A DNA stretch of 64,000 bases from a virus: IMG/VR virus record IMGVR_UViG_3300048834_000169, positions 17,796-81,795 of that record, one strand, 5' to 3'. The position numbers and the translations under genes are program-made. Of this stretch, positions 20,301 to 29,947 are shown in pieces. Each line of letters starts with the position of its first letter. Within the stretch, counting starts at the first letter, position 1. The notes beneath the pieces were generated by a model. That model was not told where the DNA came from. It saw only the letters and a list, made by a program, of their open reading frames with translations, and searched no databases.

Positions 20301-21133
20301 GGGATGGCTAGGCTACTCGCGGATAAGCCTATTGTAGAGCTTGTGCTAGGCGCCCCTAATATTAAGTTTTGATTAGAGTCTTTATAGCCCCATACTACGC
20401 GATAAGCTACTTGTGAATTCTGCGGCATTATAGGCGAAGTTGCTGCATCTACTAATTCTAGGTCCGTATCCAGAGCTTTAGGGGCTCCAATTTCAGACAC
20501 GTATCCAGATACGCGGTCCAACTTTTTCATGCCAGTATCTGACGTGAAATAAAAGTTACTATTTACAGCTTCCACTCCACGGATCTTATTAGACGAGTCT
20601 ATCTGATTAATGTGGTAAGTCTTGGCTTCAAGGACAGGGCCTGGAATAGTTGCGGAGCCTGATGGCGTCCCAGTCATGGTATAGGTAAATGTAGTGGAGT
20701 TACTTACAGTAACGGTAAAAGTACCGTTATATTCGTCTTTATCGGCACCAGAAATTACTACGGAGTCTCCGGTAACTAGTTTATGTGGCTTAAAAGAAAC
20801 ATAAGTAGCAGTAGTTCCAGAGTTTGTAAGTGAGTTAGCATATACCCACATTTGCTCTTTATATATAGTAAACGTGCCTGGACTAGCTACTAAGTCGTAC
20901 GACAATAAGTCAGAATGGTGTCTTAAGATCGTGTCCTTATAGTCCAGCATCTGCTTAGCGGTGCCGCCACTAAACTCCACGCCGTATACCTTAAAACCAC
21001 GCCGAGACTCTAGTACGTCGTCACTGTCGATAATTACGTTCTCAGCTTCAACAAGCGCGCCCTCTGGAACTGATCCAATGGAGTTGGGGTCGGTATACAG
21101 GCCCGCAATCTTAAGTAGGGTACGGACAGCCAC
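17321..21133 (-). CDS. Tail nozzle / tubular protein B-like, with inserted beta modules
   Basis: ALVEAENV..D....ESRRG start, NRIYYSK, LFVLKADGVYRI propeller-type motifs, WGYFPWGGVPWG end. Confidence 0.7.
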   Translation of the reverse strand: MAVRTLLKIAGLYTDPNSIGSVPEGALVEAENVIIDSDDVLESRRGFKVYGVEFSGGTAKQMLDYKDTILRHHSDLLSYDLVASPGTFTIYKEQMWVYANSLTNSGTTATYVSFKPHKLVTGDSVVISGADKDEYNGTFTVTVSNSTTFTYTMTGTPSGSATIPGPVLEAKTYHINQIDSSNKIRGVEAVNSNFYFTSDTGMKKLDRVSGYVSEIGAPKALDTDLELVDAATSPIMPQNSQVAYRVVWGYKDSNQNLILGAPSTSSTIGLSASSLAIPDFNALLDKLDDAAAINTGTLTDTDYNTLAIGTTASAVELNAALKELCFKLEADIGHSNPDPAVYGSTGVITNIPTGTAGSSVIITANNTLSVGDSVTLANTTSFPSIDGTYDITARTATNFTIKIDQAITVAATGVDVGSWTSGIAQYYPAPEVDNEEAFIEQQAFFDEVVDALIAEPNAHISAQGTLTIPTGLAGAISVTTNDTHLMANGASVEITGSTTTPSIDGTYTISNVTATTFDITVAADITVSGTADYIGQAQLAANFTNAIQGKNVTLTFTVPEGITTNYFYQIYRTQASSGLNINPGDDMGLVFESNPTAQQILDGIIEVTDETPDGFRGADLYTNPRQEGILQANEQPPFAKDVAIYKNIAFYANTKTRHKRLLSLTGVSGLVGTSLWVGNTRYDFVSGTPANGNEIEVQTSGTPAQNVDTTARNLVRTINRYADNTAIYAYYISGVDDIPGKLLLEARSISSSAFYVMSNSVTVGSTNFSPSVAPENNPITSISSATSAVITTTTAHGLQVGDQVYLVDTDTDELCDGLRTITARSSNTFTVAVNTTTSGSTARGFFKKAALAVVSDNEVTKNRIYYSKQNIYEAVPTLNFFNVGSGDKDILRIVALRDSLFVLKADGVYRISGETTSSLIVDAFDLSAQVRGPDTVAIGNNQIYAFSNQGVCTISDNGVLVISRPVEDQLLKLAPNANIPSTAFAVFYQTDRKYILWLPEDSNDTVSQRAWVYNNVTQAWTNWIQSKTCAIVNSNDDKLYLGASDINAIEQERKSFTRSDYADREYALSIVSYDATNSIATLSSVANVAIGDILVQTVSHTMELDYGSYDYEVEAKVVAVNAARSTVTVETVYDLITGPITLYKAYQCKITWAPEDAGNEGEIKQFREATARFKKSRITTPVLAFSSDLQSGFEEIQLLGPGLGNWGYFPWGGVPWGGDSRQRGFRTYIPLGKQRCSLLNCQFKHKVAREEWQLEGISLVVEVSSPRINR

Positions 21134-21135
21134 GA

Positions 21136-22104
21136 TTAATACCTCCGCAAGCGTCGATTAAATGAATTACCTATAAATGTGTTAGGGTTTTTAACTTTAC
21201 GTCCAGGAGCTTCTACTCTGCTGTCTATAACACTCAAGAGCTTTACTTCCATTTCCTGGAGTTTAGCATTAGCGTTAGCTAATCCTTGAGTATCGCCAAT
21301 AGCTTCAAGTACGCGACAAGCTACTGCCTGCGCCACCATTACTTGTAGTTCTGATGGCACTTGAGGGATAACAGTCTCGCCGGCTGTGCAAACAAAGTCG
21401 CCTACGATTAGTTCAGAAGGAACGTCAACAGTGTTGATTGTAATAGTTCGGCTAGCGGCGCTTACAGCCTGAACTGTAATATCATAGCCTTTTGTCTTGT
21501 GGTTGGATTTAGCTTGTATAAAGTCTACTTCTGAGCCTGTAGTGAAGTTAGTAGGCATAGTTGTGCTAATTACTATGTCCGTTAGAGTGGTATTGCCAAC
21601 TCTCTCTGTTATGGAAGTAATCTGGCCGCCGCGACTCATTGGCACTACCTTATTAGGTTTCATGTAATACTTCATCACTAGGGACGACGTTACCGTTCCC
21701 TGAATAGGCGGCAGAATGACTAGTTCATCCGACTGAAGATAGAACCCAGCTTCTTGAAATGAGAAGGATGTAGCTTGATAGTCTGGTAGGAACTCCATGC
21801 CTATTTGTGCAAGCGGTCTAGATGTTCCGTCAGATGTGAGTAAATAAACGTAGCGCACTTTACCGCCAATAGCGCGGTACGGTATCTTATAATTAGACTG
21901 ATTAGCAACGAGGGGGACTGTCTCGGTAGTAACGTAGAATTCTTCTCTAACTGATAAGATAGAAGGGACGATTTTAAGGTCGATTTCTTCTGTAGCGAAG
22001 TTTAATAAATCAGCATCAGTAAACGAAATCTGGGCAAGTGGAACTGCCGCCCTCAATTTAATGGAGGCTAGTAGTTCACTCGAGTCCATATATAGCTTTG
22101 ACAT
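21136..22104 (-). CDS. Head-tail adaptor / tubular protein A-like
   Basis: Position before the nozzle gene; helical termini, PQVPSELQVMVAQAVA. Confidence 0.6.
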   Translation of the reverse strand: MSKLYMDSSELLASIKLRAAVPLAQISFTDADLLNFATEEIDLKIVPSILSVREEFYVTTETVPLVANQSNYKIPYRAIGGKVRYVYLLTSDGTSRPLAQIGMEFLPDYQATSFSFQEAGFYLQSDELVILPPIQGTVTSSLVMKYYMKPNKVVPMSRGGQITSITERVGNTTLTDIVISTTMPTNFTTGSEVDFIQAKSNHKTKGYDITVQAVSAASRTITINTVDVPSELIVGDFVCTAGETVIPQVPSELQVMVAQAVACRVLEAIGDTQGLANANAKLQEMEVKLLSVIDSRVEAPGRKVKNPNTFIGNSFNRRLRRY

Positions 22105-22130
22105 GTTAGCTCCTTTTTCAGCTAACTAGC

Positions 22131-22493
22131 TTAAGCTTTAAGTTTCTTGGCCTTGAGAGCAGCTAATTTAGCTTCTAATTCTGCAATTTCGTCAGATTCG
22201 TCAGACATTTCTTCAGATGACTCTTCAGCAAGTTCTTCCATATCATCTGAATCTTCAGACTCTTTAGAGTCTAAGGGCATATCTTCTAAGATGTCTTCAG
22301 CTTTTTCTAAGCCCTTTTTAAGACCTTCAGAATCTTTAGCAGCTACGGTAACTTTCTTCATACCGTCGAGCTCCATGTCGTCTTCGCCCATACCTTCGTG
22401 GATAAGGCCCATAGCCATTTTACGAAGACTCTTGAGCAAATCAAGCTTAGCTTTTTTGTCCATTGACATCTCTTCTTTTTGTTTCTTTTCCAT
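22131..22493 (-). CDS. Acidic hypothetical late protein
   Basis: KKVTVAAKDSEGLKKGLEKA with E/D/S-rich tail; late motif upstream. Confidence 0.7.
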   Translation of the reverse strand: MEKKQKEEMSMDKKAKLDLLKSLRKMAMGLIHEGMGEDDMELDGMKKVTVAAKDSEGLKKGLEKAEDILEDMPLDSKESEDSDDMEELAEESSEEMSDESDEIAELEAKLAALKAKKLKA

Positions 22494-22528
22494 GTGTTAA
22501 CTAATCCCCTATACTACTAATTTGTTTC

Positions 22529-22984
22529 TTACTTCGTCACTAGCCAAGCGGCTAAAGCGACGTATTTAATAATTCCAAGCACTACCATAGCTTTTACCCA
22601 TACCGGAATGTGCTTAACTTCCTTAATTACTGGTATTTTAATGATTTTTTCAACTTCTTTAACTACTTCAACTTCCCTAATCACTTCGACAGGAACCTCT
22701 ACTGTACGCACTACTTCTTTTACAACTTCCTTTACAACCTCTTTTACAACTTCCTTAATTACAGGAACTTCTTCTTTACGTTCAACAATCACTTCCTTGA
22801 TCACAGGTACTTCTACTATAACTTCCTTAATTACTTCGATAGGACGCTCTATAATCTCTTTTACGACGACTTCTCTATCCAAAGGCGCATTGCTCATGTC
22901 TTCCACTAAAGTTTCAATAGCGGGGCTTATAGCGCGTTTAACGGGCTGTGTGGGGCCCTTTTTGTTAAGGTATAGTCGTCCCAT
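22529..22984 (-). CDS. Membrane protein with V/I-K-E-V repeats
   Basis: VKEV/VPV low-complexity tract, C-terminal TM. Confidence 0.75.
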   Translation of the reverse strand: MGRLYLNKKGPTQPVKRAISPAIETLVEDMSNAPLDREVVVKEIIERPIEVIKEVIVEVPVIKEVIVERKEEVPVIKEVVKEVVKEVVKEVVRTVEVPVEVIREVEVVKEVEKIIKIPVIKEVKHIPVWVKAMVVLGIIKYVALAAWLVTK

Positions 22985-22990
22985 TGTAGG

Positions 22991-23476
22991 TTAGCTCCTA
23001 GCCAATAAATGAAGTGTGGCAGTACCTACTGTAATTGAATTAGCGCCAGAAAGCACTACTCTAACTCGTCGAGCCAGGTCAGTGACTTTAGCGGATTTTA
23101 GATTTGCGGTCCCCGTAATAGCTAGTGTAGTTCCGCTAGGAATCCACACGTTGCCCGAGTCTTCGGGACTTATTTCAATGGATACTGTAGCTGAGCCTGT
23201 TATGCCTGCGCCTACGTCTACTAGGAGCTGCATCTCTTGTCGACCCGAAACGTCTAAAGCCGCTACTAAAGTTCCCGTAGATGCGCTATCGATTGAGCCT
23301 TCTTCTGAAACTAAGCTTTTTTCTGCAGCTACGCTATCGCCGTCAGCCGCGCTAAGCTCAATAGCTATTCCGGAGGTGTCGGCTAGAATAATCCGAACTG
23401 CATCGTCATTAGCGTCGATAGTACGCTTCTGAGCTTGTTGCAAGTCGAGAGATGTTAGGTTTGGGTTTAATGCCAT
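22991..23476 (-). CDS. Putative virion / decoration protein
   Basis: Beta-rich C-terminal domain within the late operon. Confidence 0.6.
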   Translation of the reverse strand: MALNPNLTSLDLQQAQKRTIDANDDAVRIILADTSGIAIELSAADGDSVAAEKSLVSEEGSIDSASTGTLVAALDVSGRQEMQLLVDVGAGITGSATVSIEISPEDSGNVWIPSGTTLAITGTANLKSAKVTDLARRVRVVLSGANSITVGTATLHLLARS

Positions 23477-23477
23477 G

Positions 23478-23762
23478 TTACTGACCTTCCTTGTTTTTAG
23501 CGTCTAAACTAGCGTTATCTTTATTGCCACTAATCCTTCGGCCTAGATACGCGCCAAGCGTTATTATAACCAAATAATTAGCATTATTCAAGTCTACGTC
23601 TCCGATAAGATTAGTTACTTTTCCAATTTGACCAAGCAAGGCTGTAGTAAAGCTAATAACCGCCATAGTGCCTGTTACAGTGGGCGCGCCATTAATGCGT
23701 AATAGTGGCAGAGGGACGCCCTGCTCGTTCATCTTCTGTATTAATAGCTTTAGCTTTTGCAT
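23478..23762 (-). CDS. Small two-TM membrane protein (holin candidate)
   Basis: Two hydrophobic segments, AYLGRR, charged tail. Confidence 0.5.
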   Translation of the reverse strand: MQKLKLLIQKMNEQGVPLPLLRINGAPTVTGTMAVISFTTALLGQIGKVTNLIGDVDLNNANYLVIITLGAYLGRRISGNKDNASLDAKNKEGQ

Positions 23763-23773
23763 TATAGTAATCC

Positions 23774-25786
23774 TTATACGCTAAGTGCCCACGCTCTAAA
23801 TTTAATCGTACAGGAAACGAACCCACTCGCATTGCCGGAGGTGTACTGTACCTGACCTGCGTTAGTAATAGTTAAATCAATACCTGAGAGGTCTCCGCTA
23901 GATGTTTCAGCAAGATCCCAAGAAGCACCTTTTTGGATGCCCCTGAGTTCTTTTACTTCATATGCGTCTGTGTCGGCGTCAAGGGTGATGGTCGCCAGGG
24001 CTTTAAATCCTCGCACTACGCCGTTAGCGAAAGCTAATCCGGTAACGTTAGCTGGAGATCCTTGGTTATTAGCCGCGCTAAAGCTAGTCTCTGCGATATC
24101 GCCTGCGCTAGCTCCGGCTGCTGCGATTTCAATAGATCCAGCTCCGTTAGTGATACTAATTCCAGCACCAGCGGTCAAGGTAGCAGCAGCGGGAGAAGCT
24201 CCAGTAGAGCCTATAAGAAGTTGGCCGTCAGTAAGGGCGGCAGCTTCTGACATTACGCCAGTGCCGTCGTTAATTAATACTCTGTGCGCGTTACCGCTAG
24301 CTAGTTTAGACCTAGCGATTGCAGCAGCGGCAGCTACTTGGGTATTTGTAATACCGCTATCAGCGACTTTTAATCCGTCAACTGATTTAGAGAGCGTAGC
24401 GCCGTCTAGCTCAAGAGCTAACTGCCCGCCCACTAAGTCCAGACCCTCGCCGTCGTGGTCGATGCTAAGAGGAGAGCCAGCTCCGCCAGCAATACCGTCG
24501 CCAGCTACTGAAGCGTTTAATTTGTCTTCGTTTACTGCGCCGTCCGTAATTTGAACGTCTGTAATACCGTTATCTGCTACTTTAAGGCCGCTAGCAGACT
24601 TAGATAGCGTAGATCCGTCAAGTTCAAGAGCTAGTTGCGTAGCTGTGAACTGAAGGCCTTGACCATCGTGGTCTACGGAAATGTTAGATCCAGAGACAGT
24701 GATACCGTCTCCGCCCACAAGAGATGAGCTGGAGTTAAAGAATACAAAGTCGATATCGCTTACGCCGATAGTAGCTACAGTACCAGACTGAACGTATACT
24801 TTACCGGTATTAGCTGTACCTTCTTGAACAGCTACCATTGCACCGTTAATTTCATCGATAGGGCTAAGGCTGTCAAAGTCTGTAGCCCTAACAGGAGCGC
24901 CAGAAGCTTGAACTACATATATACCGTTCTCAGTAGCATCGGCCTGATCTTTGATAAGAACGCGGTTGCCAGTAGCCAGTACTACGCCGTCTACGGTGTC
25001 GCCGTTTTCGAAGTCGGACGCTAAAGTCAGCGGGCCGGTAGTAGCTACGCGTGCTGCAGTTTTAGGCTTAAGTCCTTCAGCTACGGAGTCTACGTAAGCT
25101 TTGGTAGCAGCGTCGGTAGACAGCGTAGGGGCACCTAGTCCAGTAACTTTATTGCCGCCCATAGCTAGATCGCCTGACATGGTGTCGCCAGCTTTAGCTA
25201 CTTTATCGTCAAGTTGATCTTGGATGGCCGATGTGACGCCGCTGAGGTAGCTTAACTCAGTGCTAGTGGTAGCTGAGGCTGTAATAACGCCAGAGCCGTC
25301 TGACTCTAGCGCTCGGCTAGCGGTGACTGGGGCGAGTTTATCTAAATCAATATTAGCGCCAGCGTTAATTTCAGTATTAGTAACTGCTCCGGCTTTAATC
25401 TCTAAACCGCCAAGCTCTGTTGCTAGGATATCGCCTAAAGTTCCGGTATCTACGGCAGCGGCTTCGTTAGAAGCATTTCCAACTAAGATATGCTCTTCGT
25501 TTAGTGCGAGATCTACTTTATCGTCTAATTGATCTTGGATTGCGCTAGTTACGCCGTTAAGGTACTGAAATTCAGTGTTAGATACTGACCCATCGGCTAA
25601 CTTAGCTGCGTCGATGGCCGCGCCAGATTTAATGTCGGCGTTCTCGATGTTAGTTATAGTATTCTGATCGGCATCAATAGTCTTGTTAGTTACTGACTGC
25701 GCTGTAGACTCCTTTAACACTTCTACGCTGTTTACTGTGAGTGACGAGCCTTGTACTACTAGATTACCCTTAATTCTTTGTGACAT
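23774..25786 (-). CDS. Tail fibre-like protein
   Basis: GVTSAIQDQLDDK twice, DAATKAYVD, RVLIKDQADATENGIY, SVDHDG repeats. Confidence 0.75.
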   Translation of the reverse strand: MSQRIKGNLVVQGSSLTVNSVEVLKESTAQSVTNKTIDADQNTITNIENADIKSGAAIDAAKLADGSVSNTEFQYLNGVTSAIQDQLDDKVDLALNEEHILVGNASNEAAAVDTGTLGDILATELGGLEIKAGAVTNTEINAGANIDLDKLAPVTASRALESDGSGVITASATTSTELSYLSGVTSAIQDQLDDKVAKAGDTMSGDLAMGGNKVTGLGAPTLSTDAATKAYVDSVAEGLKPKTAARVATTGPLTLASDFENGDTVDGVVLATGNRVLIKDQADATENGIYVVQASGAPVRATDFDSLSPIDEINGAMVAVQEGTANTGKVYVQSGTVATIGVSDIDFVFFNSSSSLVGGDGITVSGSNISVDHDGQGLQFTATQLALELDGSTLSKSASGLKVADNGITDVQITDGAVNEDKLNASVAGDGIAGGAGSPLSIDHDGEGLDLVGGQLALELDGATLSKSVDGLKVADSGITNTQVAAAAAIARSKLASGNAHRVLINDGTGVMSEAAALTDGQLLIGSTGASPAAATLTAGAGISITNGAGSIEIAAAGASAGDIAETSFSAANNQGSPANVTGLAFANGVVRGFKALATITLDADTDAYEVKELRGIQKGASWDLAETSSGDLSGIDLTITNAGQVQYTSGNASGFVSCTIKFRAWALSV

Positions 25787-25798
25787 TTTTTATACCCT

Positions 25799-26134
25799 TT
25801 ATAAAATTAAAACTAGTCCGGCAAATCGCGTGTCCGGCGTTTCTAAAACCTTAATCGATACGTCTCCAGATGAGTTTATCTGAAGCGCGTTAACTCCTAC
25901 TAATTCATATACACCTGCGCCCATATCTTCATACACAAGAGCCGCGGGGTATAAGCCCTTTCCGTGCGTAGCTGCGGCAATAGTAATAGTATACTCGCCA
26001 CCGCTAGCTGAGCCCCAAGAAGTAGTGGCATTAAAAGTAGAGGTATAACGTTCAGCCGGACCTCCGCCCCCACCGCCTCCGCCGGCCCCCACTAAATCAA
26101 AATTCCCTGTTATAGGGTTAAATTGGAGGCTCAA
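25799..26134 (-). CDS. Small virion protein
   Basis: FNPITGNFDLVG plus poly-Gly linker; TTG start. Confidence 0.6.
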   Translation of the reverse strand: MSLQFNPITGNFDLVGAGGGGGGGGPAERYTSTFNATTSWGSASGGEYTITIAAATHGKGLYPAALVYEDMGAGVYELVGVNALQINSSGDVSIKVLETPDTRFAGLVLIL

Positions 26135-26135
26135 G

Positions 26136-26405
26136 TTATACTACCCTCTCGGCAGAGAGTAGGGTCTGCCTAGTTCCGTCAGTGTAAATAATGCGTAAAG
26201 TGTACAGTACTGCGGCGTTTTCTGAAAATTCTAAATCTGTAGTATCGTTGGGCACTGTAGTAGTTAGTATAGTTTGGGTAATTTTGCGCCCGATCTTACC
26301 AACTAGAAAGCCGCTAGTCGTAATGGACTGGTCTTCGAGATTAACCGATCCCTGTAGTACTTGTGATCCTTCTACGTTAGCTAATCCTTTAGTAGTTTTT
26401 GCCAT
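26136..26405 (-). CDS. Small virion protein
   Basis: Tightly packed in the late operon. Confidence 0.6.
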   Translation of the reverse strand: MAKTTKGLANVEGSQVLQGSVNLEDQSITTSGFLVGKIGRKITQTILTTTVPNDTTDLEFSENAAVLYTLRIIYTDGTRQTLLSAERVV

Positions 26406-26409
26406 ACAC

Positions 26410-29277
26410 TCAACCTATCCCGCCCCGTTTATTTATGCTGAAATGATTTTGTTGAGCGGAAGCGCTCAGCGGAACAGTCCCGCCTGAGTTTTGGTTAATG
26501 TAAAACTCAATGTAGTCTCCTGCGTCCATTCTCATAGTTGTACCACCATTCAAACTAACAACTATTGATGTGCCAGTTACGCCGCCGAATCTTGCAAGAG
26601 TTTTCCTATCGGGGAATGTGACAGATCCATTTTTCCTAATTTCAAGTTCAGCGCGTTCGTTTACAGCCCAACCGTTTTCAGAGGCAAATGTGACAATTGC
26701 TCGAATGTCATACAATCCAGAAATTGGAGCAGTAAATCTGTTAGTTGAAGTGTTCCATGTCCCATCATGAGTATTGTGCGCAAGAGTAGCGAATGGCAAA
26801 ACCGTGTCTGTGTTGTTCGAGATGCTAGTTCCTAATGCATTTCCATAGCTCAAAGAAACAACTTCACTTGCAGCGATTTGTGCAGGCCCCGCAGACCTTT
26901 TTATAGATATTGCGCAATCAGCTCCTGAACCTCCAGTTGAAACTATTGTACTACTTCCAGAAGCTTGAGAGATCCTAACGTCTATTAAATCTCCGGCCAC
27001 GCAAGGAACAATGAGAGTCCCTGAGTTAATAATACTAAACGATGAAGTAGTTGGATAACGCTGGGCATCTAAATAACCAAATTGAGTGCCGTTTTTGAAA
27101 ACTCGAAGACTTGTTCCATTGTTTACTGCACCCGCTGTGACGTTCCCGAGTGTGACATATCCATTCACTTCATAATCTCCGGCAACTGGTGCCCGAAAAT
27201 TCCAAGAAGCTCCGGTTGTAACCGCGCTGTGAGTGTCTTTAATCTTCACGTTGCAATCAACAACAAAGGTGTTAGCGGTAGTGAGTGTTGGCGTAGCAGT
27301 TGCGCCGCTGATTTGATATATGGCGGAAATATCTCTCGTGTCAGCGTCTTGTCCGAGAATTGCGGTTGCTCCCCAACCAGAGATAGGAACTCGGAAGTTT
27401 CCTCCGAAAATAGTGCCGTTAGCCCACGTTGTTCCTGGACTACCTGCCGTCAAAGACGATCCGCTACCAATTAAAAATACTTTATCGTTTGCAGATGCTT
27501 TTGCAATAGTTCCGCTGAAGGGCGTCGCAGATGCGGCTAAATCGCCCACAACTGTGTTTTGACCGATTTTTGTGCTGTCTGCTGTAGTACCTGCTGGAAG
27601 TGAAATTGAAACAGCCGTTCCAGAGTGCGTTCCGCCAGTCACGGTAAAGTGAACAACCAAGTCCGCCCCATCTCTCCAGTAATACGCCGTAAGAGCGGAA
27701 ACTGTTCCAAGACCCTCAAATGTTGGAGAATAAGAAGTTGGTCCCGTTATTACTGCGCCATTTACGACCTTACTTGGACCTACCTGGAAGTTATCGAACT
27801 TCACGGTGTATCCAGTGTCCGCTGTCACTTGATGAATCAAAAGCCTGTAGCTTGTTGAGTTCGATGCTGCTTGAAATTCAAATCTAAGTTCTGCGGAGCC
27901 AATAACCCGCTGGATGCTATAATTACTGGGCTGAATGAGCAGCGCATTAGTCACATCGTAGATCCAGATAGCCAAGTCACCATTATCAAAGCTAGAGGGC
28001 GTATTTATTTCCATGTACACTGTGCCGGTAAGAACTTGAGCCTTCAAAGCTGAATCTACCGTAAAGTCTGTACTTACACCGTTTCCGAGAGCTCCTGGCG
28101 TATACAAAAAGCTAGCTGCGCCAACTAATGGTGAACTAGTAGATCTAGTCCAAGTGGCTGTAGGCGAGCCGCCAGTGCCGTCTACAGGGATAGCAGAGCC
28201 GTCTGCATAAGTAGTCCACCCAGTAGTTGAACTTTCCGCGTCGGGGTTCTGGATATAGTTTATGCCGCCGCCGCTGCCCGCGCCTACTTTAGACTCAGTC
28301 CCATCATCATTCTGCTGGTACAAGAATCCGTCTGATTTAGCATACAGATTGAGATACCCAGAAGCTGGCGTAGCTGGAGTAGCTAATTCAGGCAATCTTA
28401 GCGGCGATCCTTCTACAGAAACTACTCCAGTCCCGTTAGGATCTAGTAATATGTTGCCGTTAGTGTCCGTCGAGCTAAGAGTATTGCCGTCCAGGCGAAG
28501 ATTGTCTACGTTTAAAAGTCCAGTTACGGTGGTAGGTGCCTGAAGATCGACGATCCCAGTACCATCTGGCAAAAGGGTAATATTCCCATTTGTATCTGTA
28601 GATGCAATTGTATTACCGTCAAAAGACAGATTGTCTACGGCAAGGGAGCCGCTAACTTCTACTGGCCCAGTAGCTGCGATAGCGCCGCCACCCGAAACAG
28701 TTAGATTTATGTTATTACCTGCAGCCGCAGATAAGTCTAATGACGAGGTAGGCGATGATACTGTATTAGCGTCAATACGCACATCGTCCACGTCTAGCTG
28801 CGTAATTCCGGAAACTTCGTCAGTATCGCTGACTACAATTCCAGAAGCTTGGATTACGTCTCCACCTGTGCCATCGAATCTTGGTAAAGTATTATCTACT
28901 GATACCGCTGGCCCTTCGACTTTATCATCTAATTGACCTTGAATAGGAGCGCTAACGCCGTCTAAGTACTGATACTCTGCGTTAGATACAGAACCGTCTG
29001 CGATCTTAGTAGCGTCAATGGCCGCGCCGGCTTTGATATTAGCATCTGCTACGTTTAAAAGCGTATTGGCGTCGGCGTCGATGGTACTAGACTCTATGTT
29101 TTTATTGTTAAGGTCCTGAGCTTTGTCTTCAGAAACTAGAGAATCAGTGGTAGAAGCTCCGCGAATCTTAGCTTTGTCAGTGGCGCTATCGTACGCTATT
29201 TCGCCTTGCACAGTGAGTGTAGGACTAGCTACGGGAATCAGTACTGCGGACTTTTTTATTTTGAATGGGGTATCCAT
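26410..29277 (-). CDS. Tail fibre / receptor-binding protein with two C1q-like C-terminal domains
   Basis: DNLRLDGNTLSSTDTNGNI repeats; FRAPVAGDYEV and FTAPISGLYDI...MDAGDYIE. Confidence 0.75.
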   Translation of the reverse strand: MDTPFKIKKSAVLIPVASPTLTVQGEIAYDSATDKAKIRGASTTDSLVSEDKAQDLNNKNIESSTIDADANTLLNVADANIKAGAAIDATKIADGSVSNAEYQYLDGVSAPIQGQLDDKVEGPAVSVDNTLPRFDGTGGDVIQASGIVVSDTDEVSGITQLDVDDVRIDANTVSSPTSSLDLSAAAGNNINLTVSGGGAIAATGPVEVSGSLAVDNLSFDGNTIASTDTNGNITLLPDGTGIVDLQAPTTVTGLLNVDNLRLDGNTLSSTDTNGNILLDPNGTGVVSVEGSPLRLPELATPATPASGYLNLYAKSDGFLYQQNDDGTESKVGAGSGGGINYIQNPDAESSTTGWTTYADGSAIPVDGTGGSPTATWTRSTSSPLVGAASFLYTPGALGNGVSTDFTVDSALKAQVLTGTVYMEINTPSSFDNGDLAIWIYDVTNALLIQPSNYSIQRVIGSAELRFEFQAASNSTSYRLLIHQVTADTGYTVKFDNFQVGPSKVVNGAVITGPTSYSPTFEGLGTVSALTAYYWRDGADLVVHFTVTGGTHSGTAVSISLPAGTTADSTKIGQNTVVGDLAASATPFSGTIAKASANDKVFLIGSGSSLTAGSPGTTWANGTIFGGNFRVPISGWGATAILGQDADTRDISAIYQISGATATPTLTTANTFVVDCNVKIKDTHSAVTTGASWNFRAPVAGDYEVNGYVTLGNVTAGAVNNGTSLRVFKNGTQFGYLDAQRYPTTSSFSIINSGTLIVPCVAGDLIDVRISQASGSSTIVSTGGSGADCAISIKRSAGPAQIAASEVVSLSYGNALGTSISNNTDTVLPFATLAHNTHDGTWNTSTNRFTAPISGLYDIRAIVTFASENGWAVNERAELEIRKNGSVTFPDRKTLARFGGVTGTSIVVSLNGGTTMRMDAGDYIEFYINQNSGGTVPLSASAQQNHFSINKRGGIG

Positions 29278-29279
29278 AA

Positions 29280-29942
29280 TTATGTGTTTCCTTCATTTTC
29301 CGGAAATTGTTGTTTATGTTTTGAGATAAATACTACTCTATCTTTTTTGTTATTTGAGGCGGACTTATCATTCATACAGCGCCCTAGTGTTCTTAAACTT
29401 ATACCATATGCTCTTGCTGCGCTGCTTAGTCCGAGAAAAGAAGTTTTGTTTCCATTTTTCTCAAACGTAAAGACAAATTTCTTTTTTTCGGACATTTTTT
29501 TGACCTGTTCTTCTGGCATTTTCTTACCTAAACAAGCTGCTCGACATGCCGCAATTCTTTTAGCCACCATGGCCGGAGTGTGCAGGTGGGCAGGCTTTTT
29601 ACCTTTTTTACTTTGCGATAATTTTTTTCTGCTTTCTTCATTAAATTGAACACTACCGTCCCCGCCCGAGGTCATATTGTACCCAAATTCTTGTAAATTA
29701 CTTCTATACTTTGCTATGTAATATTTTTCTAGTTCCTGTAGTAAGCTATGGTCATTTGAGTACATATTAAATAAGATTACGACTTTAAAATTGTCTATAC
29801 CATACTTCGCAGCTGCACGCTTTAGCGCTACGTTTGTTGTGGCCGTAGCCCAGCATTTTCCGTATCTATACTTAAAGCACTTATAAGTCTTACCTATATA
29901 ACACTTATTATTAACTGTATTTAGTATTTGATATATTTGCAT
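29280..29942 (-). CDS. Free-standing GIY-YIG homing endonuclease
   Basis: QIYQI...CYIGKT, ELEKYYI, GYNMTSGG, NUMOD3-like repeats. Confidence 0.9.
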   Translation of the reverse strand: MQIYQILNTVNNKCYIGKTYKCFKYRYGKCWATATTNVALKRAAAKYGIDNFKVVILFNMYSNDHSLLQELEKYYIAKYRSNLQEFGYNMTSGGDGSVQFNEESRKKLSQSKKGKKPAHLHTPAMVAKRIAACRAACLGKKMPEEQVKKMSEKKKFVFTFEKNGNKTSFLGLSSAARAYGISLRTLGRCMNDKSASNNKKDRVVFISKHKQQFPENEGNT

Positions 29943-29947
29943 AATTG

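Noticed and set aside
10269-29649. Numerous plus-strand ORFs inside the late block
   Set aside because: Antisense shadows of long minus-strand genes, with no SD or motifs; the same applies to 453-704 and 59998-60222 opposite the ankyrin genes
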